NCBI GenBank assembly: GCA_036229005.1
Contig: JAZAMN010000050.1
Location: 32,001 to 96,000, forward strand
Source: Myxococcota bacterium
GTDB lineage: Bacteria > Myxococcota_A > UBA796 > CAJQPC01
Length of the DNA stretch: 64,000 nt
Reading direction: 5' to 3'
The translations under genes were made by a program, and so were the position numbers. Positions 25,288 to 35,120 of this stretch are shown here, piece after piece (the first letter of the stretch is position 1; each line of letters begins with the position of its first letter). Below the pieces are notes generated by a model. That model was given only the letters and a program-made list of their open reading frames with translations. It searched no databases and was not told where the DNA came from.

Positions 25288-26010
25288 TCAGCGCTTGGTG
25301 GCGGTGACCAGCAGAGCGCCCTTGTACTTGTGCGCCCAGAGTCCGGGCTCAACGTCCAGGCTGAAGCCCTGGGCCTCCAACAGCGCCTGCGCGCGGGGGA
25401 GCCGGAAGGTCAGGTAGTACATGTGGAAGGGGGGTGAGCGCACCGCGTTCCGGGCGTGGATGGCGGCGTTGAAGGCCCGCGCGGCCCACACGCGCCAGGA
25501 CAGGTTGTCGGGGGCGCCCGAGGTCACGAAGAGGAAGCGGCCGCCAGGCTTGAGGGCGCGGTGCACCTGTCGGACAAAGCGCTCTTCCTGCTCGCCCTCC
25601 AGGATGTGCCCGAAGGCCCCAAAGCAGGTGACCACGTCGAAGTGGTCCTGGGGGAGCGGGTGCTCCAGCACGTCGCCCTGCTCCAGGGAGAAGCGGGCGT
25701 CTCCAGGGGCGCTCTCCAGGCGCTCGCGTGCCTGCTCCAGCATCCCGGCGCTCAGGTCGACGCCCAGGACCTCCTGGGAGCAGCGCTGCTTGAGGTGGGC
25801 CAGCGCCGCCCCGGTCCCGCAGCAGAGGTCCAGACCCCGGGCCACGCCGCCCGGCGGCCCGATGTGCTCGGCGACCACCTGGAGGATGTCTTCGGGGGTG
25901 CGGAAGGGGGTGAACTCGAACTTGGGCGCCAGCAGGTCGTAGCCGGCGGTGGTCTCGGAGAGGGCCTGCTCTGCGAGCTCGGCGAGGCTGGGGCCATTGG
26001 GATGAAACAT
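25288..26010 (-). CDS. Class I SAM-dependent methyltransferase
   Basis: LDLCCGTG, GVDLSAGML, FDVVTC, LKPGGRF. Confidence 0.9.
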   Translation of the reverse strand: MFHPNGPSLAELAEQALSETTAGYDLLAPKFEFTPFRTPEDILQVVAEHIGPPGGVARGLDLCCGTGAALAHLKQRCSQEVLGVDLSAGMLEQARERLESAPGDARFSLEQGDVLEHPLPQDHFDVVTCFGAFGHILEGEQEERFVRQVHRALKPGGRFLFVTSGAPDNLSWRVWAARAFNAAIHARNAVRSPPFHMYYLTFRLPRAQALLEAQGFSLDVEPGLWAHKYKGALLVTATKR

Positions 26011-26156
26011 GCACAGCTCCTGGGTCTCAGACGGGCTCGGAGGGCAGTCTATTGCGGCGCCGGCAGGAGATGGGGACGGGCGAGATCCCGGGGTGCGTGT
26101 TATGCGGCGAGCCCGGCCACGACGGCCCCAAACGCCCCCACACCCGAGAGAGGTTC

Positions 26157-26693
26157 ATGGCCAAGTTCAGGATGGTTTGCCCCAAGTGCGGCTCCCACAA
26201 CCTGGATCTGGAGCGTGACTACCGCGGCAGCTCCGCGCGTGGTCCGCATCAGGTGCAGCTCCACTGCTTCACCTGCGGCAAGGTCATCTACGGGGAGAAG
26301 GCCGTCCAGGCCGAGTTCGACCGTCAGCGTGAAGAGTGGGAGGCCACCTCGCGCACCCCCGCCCTGGTGGAGCGCAGCCGGCCCAAGCCTGTCCCGCTGG
26401 TCCGCCCCGTGGTCGACGCCGCCCCCGCAGCTCCCGCAAAGTCCGCGCCCGAGCAGGCGCCGGCGCCCGAGTCCAAGGCGACCCCGGTCGCGCCGGCTGA
26501 CGGCAGCACCCCCGAGTGGTGGAGCTGGCCCCACAACGAGATCACGGTGGACCACGCGCCGCAGCCTCCGGGCTGGGAGAAGTGTGCCTGGGAGAGCTGC
26601 CGCAAGGGGCGCCGTCCCCGCAGCAAGTATTGCTCGCGCAACTGCAGCAACAAGAACGCCCGCGCCCGCCACGCCAAGCGGACCAAGGACTAG
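26157..26693 (+). CDS. Protein with N-terminal zinc ribbon and C-terminal CGNR-like zinc finger with basic tail
   Basis: CPKC...CFTC; Pro/Ala linker; CAWESC...KYCSRNCSNKNARARHAKR; GAGAGG RBS before ATG 26157. Confidence 0.7.
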   Translation: MAKFRMVCPKCGSHNLDLERDYRGSSARGPHQVQLHCFTCGKVIYGEKAVQAEFDRQREEWEATSRTPALVERSRPKPVPLVRPVVDAAPAAPAKSAPEQAPAPESKATPVAPADGSTPEWWSWPHNEITVDHAPQPPGWEKCAWESCRKGRRPRSKYCSRNCSNKNARARHAKRTKD

Positions 26694-26727
26694 GCACGCT
26701 CCCCCAGAGTGGGGATGACGAGCTGTG

Positions 26728-26754
26728 AAGGGGCCTCCTGCAAGGGGCCCCTTT
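26728..26754 (+). terminator. Probable intrinsic terminator
   Basis: AAGGGGCCTC-CTGCAA-GGGGCCCCTT followed by T(CCTGTT). Confidence 0.65.
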
Positions 26755-26788
26755 CCTGTTACATTGGACCTCCCAACCCCGGTGTCCA

Positions 26789-28312
26789 ATGACCCTGCTC
26801 CCCTTGCTCGTCGGTGCATCCGCCGCCGCCCCTCTGGACCCGGCCTTCGAGGCTGCGGCGAGCGCACACCAGGTGCCCCCCGAGCTACTGGTTGCGCTGG
26901 CCTTCGAGGCGAGCCACTTCGACGCCCAGGCGGCGAGCGCTTGGGGCGGCTACGGGCTCTACGACTTCCGGGAGGACGAAGAGAGCTTCGGGCCGGGCAT
27001 CGAGCGGGTCTCCATCCTCCTGGGGGCGTCCCCGGACGACATCATCGACAGCCCCGAGCTGCAGATCGAGGGCGCCGCGGCGCTGCTGGCCTGGCACGCA
27101 GAGGCGCAGCTCGGCGCGCTCCCGGACCCGGACGACCTGGAGGCTTGGGCGCCCGCGGTCGTGGCGTTCTCCGGGCGGCAGGAGCCCAACCTGCAGGGGC
27201 TCTTTGTCAGCTACATCTACGAGCTCATCGCGGAGGGCATCTACACCGACAGCGCGCGGCTGACGCCCCATGAGCACGTGCACCCGCAGCAGGCGCTGGC
27301 GGAGCTGGATGCGGTGATGACGCCGCCGCCTGCGACCACGGACTACGCGGGCGCGGTGACCTTCACCCAGGCGCACAGCAGCAACTACAGCGACTACAGC
27401 CGCGGCGCCTCGGACATCAACTACATCATCATCCACACGGTTCAGGGTAGCTACTCCGGGTGCATCTCCTGGTTCGCGAACTCCGCGGCGAACGTCTCGG
27501 CCCACTACGTGGTCCGCAGCTCCGACGGCCAGATCACCCAGACCCTGCTCGAAGAGGACGTCGGCTGGCACGCCGGCAACTGGACCTACAACGAGCAGTC
27601 TGTCGGTATCGAGCACGAGGGCTACGTCGACGACCCGGGCAAGTGGTACACCTCCGCCATGTACGAGGGCTCGGCGCAGCTCACCGCTGACATCGCTCGG
27701 CGCAACGGCATCCCCCTGGACCGCTCCCACGTCATCGCCCACTACGAGGTCCCCAGCGCGACGCACACGGACCCGGGCAGCGGCTGGGACTGGTCGCTCT
27801 ACATGGAGCTGGTTGGCGGTGATGCGCCCGTCGCCAGCGCCGAGATGCTGGGTGTGGTCGCGGACGGGGACATCCACTCGGGGGAGCGCCTCGTTGGCGC
27901 CAAGGTGACCCTGCAGGAGACCGGAGAGACCGTCACCGTGGACTCCGACGGCTACTACCACTTCGAGGGGCTGACGGCCGGCACCTACACGGCCACTGCC
28001 AGCATGGCCGGCTTCACCTCGGGCTCCTGCACCAAGGACGTGGAGACGGGGAGCGGCCAGTGGTGGTGCTCCATCGCGCTGGAGCCCGGAGAGGACCCCC
28101 AGGACACCGGGGAGCCGCAGGACACCGGCGGCGCGGATGACACGGGGCTCGAGCCGCAGGACAGCGGGCTCGTTGCGCCTCCGGGCGGCCCAGGTGTGCT
28201 CGAGGGCATGCCTACGGGGGCTTGCAGCACCCAGGGCTCCAGCGGCGGGCTCGCGGGCGGACTGCTGGGACTCGGCGGTCTGGCCCTGCTCATGCGTCGG
28301 CGTCGTCGCTGA
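26789..28312 (+). CDS. Secreted N-acetylmuramoyl-L-alanine amidase (Amidase_2) with carboxypeptidase-regulatory-like domain and MYXO-CTERM-like anchor
   Basis: IIIHTVQG, SAHYVV, WHAGN..N..SVGIEHEG, HTDPG; GAKVTLQETGETVTVDSDGYYHF; C-terminus GACS...LLGLGGLALLMRRRRR. Confidence 0.88.
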   Translation: MTLLPLLVGASAAAPLDPAFEAAASAHQVPPELLVALAFEASHFDAQAASAWGGYGLYDFREDEESFGPGIERVSILLGASPDDIIDSPELQIEGAAALLAWHAEAQLGALPDPDDLEAWAPAVVAFSGRQEPNLQGLFVSYIYELIAEGIYTDSARLTPHEHVHPQQALAELDAVMTPPPATTDYAGAVTFTQAHSSNYSDYSRGASDINYIIIHTVQGSYSGCISWFANSAANVSAHYVVRSSDGQITQTLLEEDVGWHAGNWTYNEQSVGIEHEGYVDDPGKWYTSAMYEGSAQLTADIARRNGIPLDRSHVIAHYEVPSATHTDPGSGWDWSLYMELVGGDAPVASAEMLGVVADGDIHSGERLVGAKVTLQETGETVTVDSDGYYHFEGLTAGTYTATASMAGFTSGSCTKDVETGSGQWWCSIALEPGEDPQDTGEPQDTGGADDTGLEPQDSGLVAPPGGPGVLEGMPTGACSTQGSSGGLAGGLLGLGGLALLMRRRRR

Positions 28313-28839
28313 TGTGGTTGCTGGTCCTGTCGGCCTGCGCCGGCAAGCGGGAGCCGCAGGTCGAGCCCCCGGTGTCCTCGGGACAGCACGTCAGCGTTGA
28401 GCTGCCAGCCGCCGCCGCAGAGCCCGAGGTGGTGAGGATGCGGGCTGTTCTGGACGCCGCGAACCCCTCCTTCCAGGACTGCTATGCGCAGGCGCTGGCG
28501 CGGGATCCCAGGCTCTTTGGCGAGGTCACGCTGCGGGTCGTGCTGGACGCGCAGGGCGGGGTCTCGGAGTCCTCGGCGGTGCTCTCCACCCTCTCGGATG
28601 CGCAAGCGGTCGCGTGTGTGGAGGGTGTGGTCGCGGATCTGAGCTTCCCGGCACCGAGTCGCACCCCTCTGGCGATGCGGTATCCGGTCGTGTTCACCAG
28701 CTCTGCGACTCCACCCGAGGTCCGCAGGGCGCTGATGCTGAACAATGGCCTGTTGACCCTGGAACAAGAAGAGGCCGCCTTGGAGAAGGCGGCCTCGACG
28801 GGGGAGCCGGTTGAGGGGGACTGGGTCCAGACCTGGTAG
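28312..28839 (+). CDS. Lipoprotein with AgmX/PglI C-terminal (TonB-C-like) domain
   Basis: LVLSAC lipobox; FQDCYAQALARDPRLFGEVTLRVVLDAQGGV...ACV...LSFPAP..YPVVF; ATG overlaps the amidase stop. Confidence 0.8.
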   Translation: MWLLVLSACAGKREPQVEPPVSSGQHVSVELPAAAAEPEVVRMRAVLDAANPSFQDCYAQALARDPRLFGEVTLRVVLDAQGGVSESSAVLSTLSDAQAVACVEGVVADLSFPAPSRTPLAMRYPVVFTSSATPPEVRRALMLNNGLLTLEQEEAALEKAASTGEPVEGDWVQTW

Positions 28840-28866
28840 GGCGAGAGACCCCAGGGGGCGCGGAGC

Positions 28867-29745
<879 letters not shown>

Positions 29746-29780
29746 TGAACGTCTCCTTCGGGTGGCTCGGGTCCATTGAC

Positions 29781-29796
29781 AGCAAGTCGCGTGCCA
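29781..29796 (-). promoter_or_regulatory. Sigma-54 (-24/-12) promoter of the sigma-70 gene
   Basis: Minus strand TGGCACGCGACTTGCT matches the consensus TGGCACG-N4-TTGCW, 35 nt upstream of the ATG. Confidence 0.8.
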
Positions 29797-29937
29797 GGGT
29801 TGGCCCCAGGCGCGCCGCGACGGGCTGTCAATCCCATGTGATGCCTGTTTGGGTCCGATGCTGAGCAGGAGTTGCGACATCCATGTCGTGGTGGTCGTCC
29901 AGCTCGCGGCGGCAGCTTTGGCAGGATCTTGAACGGT

Positions 29938-29954
29938 GTACAAGATTCTTGTAC
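29938..29954. promoter_or_regulatory. Perfect palindrome, candidate enhancer-binding-protein site
   Basis: GTACAAGA-T-TCTTGTAC, about 140 bp upstream of the -24 element. Confidence 0.5.
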
Positions 29955-30030
29955 GGCCCTGGGATCGGATCCCCCGGTCCGGAGTTGAGGCCTTTCTGGG
30001 TCAGACGGTCCTCGCCGGGACCGGGTCTCG

Positions 30031-31095
30031 TCAGAGGGCGTCGACCGCAGCTTGGAGGGCGGTGAAGGGCTCGTCTGCGTCCGCCGTGATCTCCTCGATC
30101 CTGGCGATGAACGCGAGCAGATCGCCGTCCTGCTCCTCCAGGATGGCGGCGAAGAGGGCCTCGTTGGAGTTGTAGGTCTTGAACTGGACCAGGCGCGCGT
30201 TGTTCCACTCGGTCTCGCGGACCATCTTGAGGTAGGCCTCCTGGTTGGTGAGCCCGGCGGCTTCGACCCGGCGCAGGAGCTCGGGGCCCAGCAGATCCTC
30301 CTTTCGGGCGAGCTTCTCGGCGTCGCTGAGGGTGGCGTCCTGGTACACGGCGTCCAGGTCTCCGTAGAGCCCATGGAGCAGGTCCCGGAAGCGGTCGCGG
30401 TCGGCCTGGCGCTGGATGGTAGCGAGCAGCTCGGGGTCGTGGGCGCCGCGGCGCGTCTGGAGGTAGCGCAGGGCGGAGACCTCACCGACGAAGTTGGCGT
30501 AGGACTCGTTGAACTGGACGGAGCCGGGGACCCACAGGGTGGCGTGGGCGAGCTCGTGCAGCACGGTGTCGGCCAGGCGGTAGTCGCTCCAGGCCAGCAT
30601 GTCCGGGAGGATGGGGTCCTTGAACCAGCCCAGGGTCGAGTAGGCGCCGGCAGTGCGCACGTAGGTGTCCAGCCCCTCGGCCTGCAGCTTGTGCTCCAGC
30701 TCGCGCGCGTCCTGTTCGCGGAAGTAGCCCAGGTAGGGGAAGCGGCCGACGACGGGGAACCACCAGGTCTTGGGCGTGAAGGACAGGGGGTCGCAGCCGG
30801 TCACGTTCCAGATCGTGCGCTCCCACTTCCAGGCCAGGGTCTCGTAGTTGTCGGTGGCGGAGAGGCCGATCTCGGCGCCGTAGGCCTTGACGTCGGCGAT
30901 GAGATCCAGGCGCTGGATCTGCGCGGGGCTGAGCACCCCCTGTTCGCGCAGCTCGGACACGGGCTCCCGAGAGGCGAGCAGCTCGGCCTGGTAGTAGCCG
31001 GAGGAGATCAGGTACCCGACCTTGCACCCGGGCACGCAGGCCAGCGCGGCGAGGCCCACCGCGAGCGCGACGATGCGCTTTCCGCGTGTGTTCAT
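30031..31095 (-). CDS. Putative zinc aminopeptidase lipoprotein (Aminopep family)
   Basis: WWFPVVGRFPYLGYF, AYSTLGWFKDP, HELAH...FNESYA; lipoprotein-type signal. Confidence 0.85.
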   Translation of the reverse strand: MNTRGKRIVALAVGLAALACVPGCKVGYLISSGYYQAELLASREPVSELREQGVLSPAQIQRLDLIADVKAYGAEIGLSATDNYETLAWKWERTIWNVTGCDPLSFTPKTWWFPVVGRFPYLGYFREQDARELEHKLQAEGLDTYVRTAGAYSTLGWFKDPILPDMLAWSDYRLADTVLHELAHATLWVPGSVQFNESYANFVGEVSALRYLQTRRGAHDPELLATIQRQADRDRFRDLLHGLYGDLDAVYQDATLSDAEKLARKEDLLGPELLRRVEAAGLTNQEAYLKMVRETEWNNARLVQFKTYNSNEALFAAILEEQDGDLLAFIARIEEITADADEPFTALQAAVDAL

Positions 31096-31182
31096 GTGCG
31101 AAGGTCTCCTGTCTTGTCAGCATGCCCCGAGTTGACGGGGGGCCGGTGGGGGGACACCATCCTTGTGGCAGAAGGAGCGCCT

Positions 31183-31812
31183 TTGTTTGAGCTGTTGCAG
31201 AGTGGTGGCGCCGTCATGGTGGTCATCTTCCTATTCTCCCTGGTGGGGATGGCGGCGTTCTTCGAGAGGCTCTTCGCGCTGCGGCGCGGTCGGGTCGCTC
31301 CGGAGGCGGTCACGGTCGAGGTGAAGGAGCTGGTGACCCAGGGTCGCATCCCCGACGCTCTGACCTTGTGTCGCAAGCAACCGGGTCCGTTGACGCGTGT
31401 CGTCGAGGTCATCCTGATGCAGCCCGACAAGAGCCGCGCCGAGCTCAAGGAGCTGGCGGAGGAGGTCGGGCGCCGGGAGAGCGCGGATCTGGAGCGCTTC
31501 ACGGGGGTCGTGGGGATCGTCGCGAGCGTCGCGCCGCTGCTGGGCCTGCTGGGCACGGTGTGGGGCATGATCCAGACCTTCGATGTCATCCAGACCCAGG
31601 GCATGGGGCAGATCGGCCTGCTGGCCGGGGGCATCTCCACCGCGCTGGTCACGACCTTTGGCGGCCTGAGCGTGGGCATCCCGGCGCTGATCGCCCACCG
31701 CTACCTGCTCTCGCTGGTGGATGACCTCACCCTGGAGCTGGAGGAGGCGGCGCTGTCGATCCTGGATCTGGTGACCTCGCATGCGGGCGAAGGTGCACAG
31801 GAGTCCGAGTGA
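31183..31812 (+). CDS. exbB: MotA/TolQ/ExbB proton channel protein
   Basis: APLLGLLGTVWGMI, LAGGISTALVTTFGGL; TTG start after AGGAG. Confidence 0.9.
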   Translation: MFELLQSGGAVMVVIFLFSLVGMAAFFERLFALRRGRVAPEAVTVEVKELVTQGRIPDALTLCRKQPGPLTRVVEVILMQPDKSRAELKELAEEVGRRESADLERFTGVVGIVASVAPLLGLLGTVWGMIQTFDVIQTQGMGQIGLLAGGISTALVTTFGGLSVGIPALIAHRYLLSLVDDLTLELEEAALSILDLVTSHAGEGAQESE

Positions 31813-32249
31813 ACTTCAAGCGCCAGCGGAGGGACGAGACGCGCGTCGACCTCACCCCCCTCATCGACATCATCTTCCAGCTCGTGCTGTTCTTCATGGT
31901 GTCGACGACCTTCATCACGGCGCCCGGGATCCAGGTGGATCTCCCCCGCAGCTCCGCGCAGCAGATCCTGCAGGACAGCTCGGACATCAACATCTGGATG
32001 GGCAACCAGGGCGAGGTGTTCGTGGACGACCAGCCCGTGGACTGGGAGGCGCTGGATGCACGGCTGCAGACCGCGAGCGCGGACCCGCAGACCCTGGTCA
32101 TCATCAAGGCGGACACGGACGTGGACCACGGTCGGGTGGTGCGGGTGATGGACCTGGCGCGCTCCAAGGGGCTGTCCCGGCTGGCCATCGCGACGGACCC
32201 GGGGACCGGCGGGGGAGGGGAGCCCAGCGGCGGCTCCGACGAGGAATAG
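31809..32249 (+). CDS. exbD: ExbD/TolR biopolymer transport protein
   Basis: LTPLIDIIFQLVLFFMV, IKADTDVDHGRVVRVMD. Confidence 0.92.
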   Translation: MNFKRQRRDETRVDLTPLIDIIFQLVLFFMVSTTFITAPGIQVDLPRSSAQQILQDSSDINIWMGNQGEVFVDDQPVDWEALDARLQTASADPQTLVIIKADTDVDHGRVVRVMDLARSKGLSRLAIATDPGTGGGGEPSGGSDEE

Positions 32250-32271
32250 TCCCTCAGCAAGGATCCGCATC

Positions 32272-32299
32272 TTGACGTGACAAGAGGGCTTGCTACGGT
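32272..32299 (+). promoter_or_regulatory. Sigma-70 promoter (extended -10) of ftsB
   Basis: TTGACG-N16-TACGGT with TG at -15/-14; the GTG start lies 6 nt after the -10. Confidence 0.5.
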
Positions 32300-32305
32300 A
32301 GGGCT

Positions 32306-32620
32306 GTGAAGCCGCCTGCATCCCTCAACTCCACGCTCGTCCGCCGCCTGCTCCTGGGGGCGGTGCCCTTCACTCTGATGGGCGCGGTGGTGTTGATGAC
32401 GATCTTCGGGGATCACGGGCTGGTGCGCCGACACGAGCTCCGCCAGGAGAAGCGGGCCGTGGACGCGCGCACCCAGCAGCTCCAGCGGGAGAACCTGGCG
32501 CTCAAGCGGGAGATCCAGATCCTGGAGCAGGAGCCCATCGGGGCGCGCCGCCTGGCCGCACAGGAGCTGCTGGTCGCGCAGCCTGGCTCCACCATCTACC
32601 GCTTCGAAGAGAGCGAGTAG
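32306..32620 (+). CDS. ftsB: Septum formation initiator FtsB/DivIC family
   Basis: Single TM, IFGDHGL, coiled coil LQRENLALKREIQIL, LAAQELLVAQPGSTIY. Confidence 0.85.
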   Translation: MKPPASLNSTLVRRLLLGAVPFTLMGAVVLMTIFGDHGLVRRHELRQEKRAVDARTQQLQRENLALKREIQILEQEPIGARRLAAQELLVAQPGSTIYRFEESE

Positions 32621-32768
32621 ACGCCAGCCGCGGGGGCGGGAGACAGAGTCCTCACGCCCTGCGAACGCGCCGACGTGGTGGGGACTTACAGCCTTTTCTG
32701 CCAAGTGTTCTTTGCAAACCCTGGACGATTTCCATGGTCGCAAGAGGGAGCCAGAAAAGGAGGCTCCC

Positions 32769-34742
32769 ATGCGCTCGATGACTCTCTTTGTACCGCTCTC
32801 ACTCCTCGCCCTCTCCGCCTGCTCTGAGAACCGCCCCGCCGGCGAGGACATTCCGGCCGCGACCGCGGTGGCGCCGACCGGTGGCCTGGAGTCCCAGGAC
32901 CCGGCGCAGACCCAGGCAGCCGAGGCAGCCCTCCGCGAGGACGCGGGGGCGGCCGGTCCCGAGGCTCCCGCTTCCGAGGCCCCCGCTCTCAAGGACATCG
33001 AGCGGCTGGCAGTGGAGGCGGAGAAGGCCCCCATGGAGCCGGCGGCGCCTGCGCCGGAGATGGATGTGGGCGTCCTGGATGGGCTGGATGCGTCCTCCGA
33101 TCTGGGTGGCTCCGATCTGGGTGGTATCTCCGGGTTGGTCGGGGCGAAGGGCTCCGGGGCGTCCCTGGGCTCGCGGGGCTCCGGGCTGGGGGGCGGGGGC
33201 ACGGCAGAGGGGCTGGGCGGGCTGGGAACCTCCGGACGGGGACGGGGGACCGCGAGCTTCGGGGCGAAGTCCGAGGCGGCCAAGGAGAGCCGCACCGCGG
33301 CGCCCGCAGACCGGGTCGCCCACAACGTGCAGGTGCCCGCTGAGCAGGCCAAGGCGGGTGAGGGCTACAAGAACTACGGCGTGAACGACATGACCCTGGT
33401 CGAGAAGGACCGCTTCTCCACCTTCGCGGTCGACGTGGACACGGCGTCCTACAGCATCACCCGGCGCAAGCTGAACGAGGGGATGCTGCCGCCGCAGGCC
33501 TCGGTGCGGGTCGAAGAGTTCGTGAACGCGTTCGACTACGGCTACCGCGCCCCGGAGCAGGGCTCGGATGCGCCCTTCGCGGTGCACATGGAGGCGGCGC
33601 CGTCTCCCTTTGAGCCCAACCACCACCTGGTGCGGGTGGGCGTGAAGGGCATGGAGGTGACCGACCGGCAGCCCGTGCACCTGACCTTCCTGGTGGACAC
33701 CTCGGGGTCGATGCAGAGCGCCGACAAGCTCTACCTGGCGCAGGACGCGATGATGGAGCTCGTGGAGAACCTGGGCCCCCAGGACACCGTCGCGCTCGCG
33801 ACCTACGCGGGGGACACCCGGCGCGTGCTGGAGCCCACCTCGGCCTCCCGGGCCAGCCGCATCAACTCGGCCATCCGCTCCCTGACCGCTGGGGGCGGGA
33901 CGGCCATGTCCAACGGCATGGAGGTGGCCTACGAAATGGCCAGCGAGTCCTACGTCCACGGCCACGAGAACCGGGTCATCGTGCTCTCGGACGGCGACGC
34001 GAACATCGGGCGCACCAGCCACCAGGAGATCCTGGCGACCGTCCAGCACCACGCCGAGGAGGGCATCACCCTGACCACGGTGGGCCTGGGCATGGGCAAC
34101 TACCAGGACACCATGATGGAGCAGCTCGCGAACAAGGGCGACGGCAACTACTTCTACGTGGACTCGCGCAAGGAGGCCTCGGAGATCTTCGGGGAGAAGC
34201 TCTCCGGCACTCTGGTGACCATCGCCAAGGATGTGAAGATCCAGGTGGAGTTCAACCCCGAGGCGGTCATCGGCTACCGCCTGGTCGGGTACGAGAACCG
34301 CGATGTGGCGGACGTGGACTTCCGGAACGACCGGGTGGACGCCGGTGAGATCGGCTCCGGACACTCCGTGACCGCGCTCTACGACGTGATCCTGGCGGAC
34401 GACGTGGGTGAGGTGGAGCTGGCCACCGTGCGGCTGCGGGCCAAGAAGCCCGGGCCCGACAGCGCCGCGAAGGAGTGGGCGACCGTGTTCTCGCCGGACC
34501 TGCTGCACGCGGAGCTGGGGGACGCCAGCGCGAGCTTCCGACTGTCCGTGGCCGTGGCGTCCTTCGCCGAGCTGCTGCGTGGGAGCCCTTACGCCGCCGA
34601 GCTGCGCTACAGCGACGTGCTGAGTCTGGCCGAGGGGGCGACTCTGCGCGGGGTCGAGGAGCACGCCGAGCTGCTCGGGCTCATCCGCAAGGCGGCCCGG
34701 CTCTCCGGGGACGGCGGAGATCAGGTCCTCGTCACCCGTTGA
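32769..34742 (+). CDS. YfbK-like vWA domain lipoprotein (vWF_A + VWA + DUF3520)
   Basis: LSAC lipobox; STFAVDVDTASY, VRVEEFVNAFDY, MIDAS DTSGSM, LSDGDANIG, IAKDVKIQVEFNP, DAGEIGSGHSVTALY. Confidence 0.9.
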   Translation: MRSMTLFVPLSLLALSACSENRPAGEDIPAATAVAPTGGLESQDPAQTQAAEAALREDAGAAGPEAPASEAPALKDIERLAVEAEKAPMEPAAPAPEMDVGVLDGLDASSDLGGSDLGGISGLVGAKGSGASLGSRGSGLGGGGTAEGLGGLGTSGRGRGTASFGAKSEAAKESRTAAPADRVAHNVQVPAEQAKAGEGYKNYGVNDMTLVEKDRFSTFAVDVDTASYSITRRKLNEGMLPPQASVRVEEFVNAFDYGYRAPEQGSDAPFAVHMEAAPSPFEPNHHLVRVGVKGMEVTDRQPVHLTFLVDTSGSMQSADKLYLAQDAMMELVENLGPQDTVALATYAGDTRRVLEPTSASRASRINSAIRSLTAGGGTAMSNGMEVAYEMASESYVHGHENRVIVLSDGDANIGRTSHQEILATVQHHAEEGITLTTVGLGMGNYQDTMMEQLANKGDGNYFYVDSRKEASEIFGEKLSGTLVTIAKDVKIQVEFNPEAVIGYRLVGYENRDVADVDFRNDRVDAGEIGSGHSVTALYDVILADDVGEVELATVRLRAKKPGPDSAAKEWATVFSPDLLHAELGDASASFRLSVAVASFAELLRGSPYAAELRYSDVLSLAEGATLRGVEEHAELLGLIRKAARLSGDGGDQVLVTR

Positions 34743-34787
34743 CGGCAGGGGCCACCTGCTGGGATAGGTTTTCCCCAGGAGGTGGCC

Positions 34788-35045
34788 ATGCCCCGCGAGC
34801 AACTCAAGAAGGAGCTCTCCGCCCTGCACCAGGAGATGGAGAAGCTGGACGGAATCACCGATGACCGGCGCCAGCAGATCGAGGACGTCGCGCGCGCGGT
34901 CGGCGCGGTCAGCAACGGCGCGCAGCCCGGAGAGGCCCTGGTGGCCGAGATCGAGGAGCGGGTGATGGTGTTCGACAACGAGCACCCGCAGCTCTCCGCG
35001 GTGCTGCGCCGCCTGGTCTCCGCGCTGTCGGCCATCGGGGCCTGA
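34788..35045 (+). CDS. Small DUF4404-like protein
   Basis: LKKELSALHQEM...FDNEHPQLSAVLRRLVSALSAIG; AGGAGG RBS. Confidence 0.7.
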   Translation: MPREQLKKELSALHQEMEKLDGITDDRRQQIEDVARAVGAVSNGAQPGEALVAEIEERVMVFDNEHPQLSAVLRRLVSALSAIGA

Positions 35046-35054
35046 GAAAAAGTA

Positions 35055-35093
35055 CCTGAACGGATTGACAGGTGAACGGGGTTCCAGTACAAG
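35055..35093 (+). promoter_or_regulatory. lexA promoter with two tandem LexA-box-like sites
   Basis: TTGACA (35065-35070)-N17-TACAAG. The minus-strand sites CTGTCAATCCGTTCAGG and CTGGAACCCCGTTCACC resemble the Myxococcus LexA box CTRHAMRYBYGTTCAGS. Confidence 0.7.
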
Positions 35094-35120
35094 AAATGCA
35101 GCTTGGAACTGGAGGCCCAC

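Noticed and set aside
33100..33260. Gly-rich low-complexity stretch in the vWA lipoprotein
   Set aside because: An in-frame flexible linker (GSGLGGGGTAEGLGGLGT) rather than a separate element.
35087..35094. GTACAAGA upstream of lexA is identical to the half-site of the 29938 palindrome
   Set aside because: Only a half-site, and it is explained by the lexA -10 element; likely coincidence.
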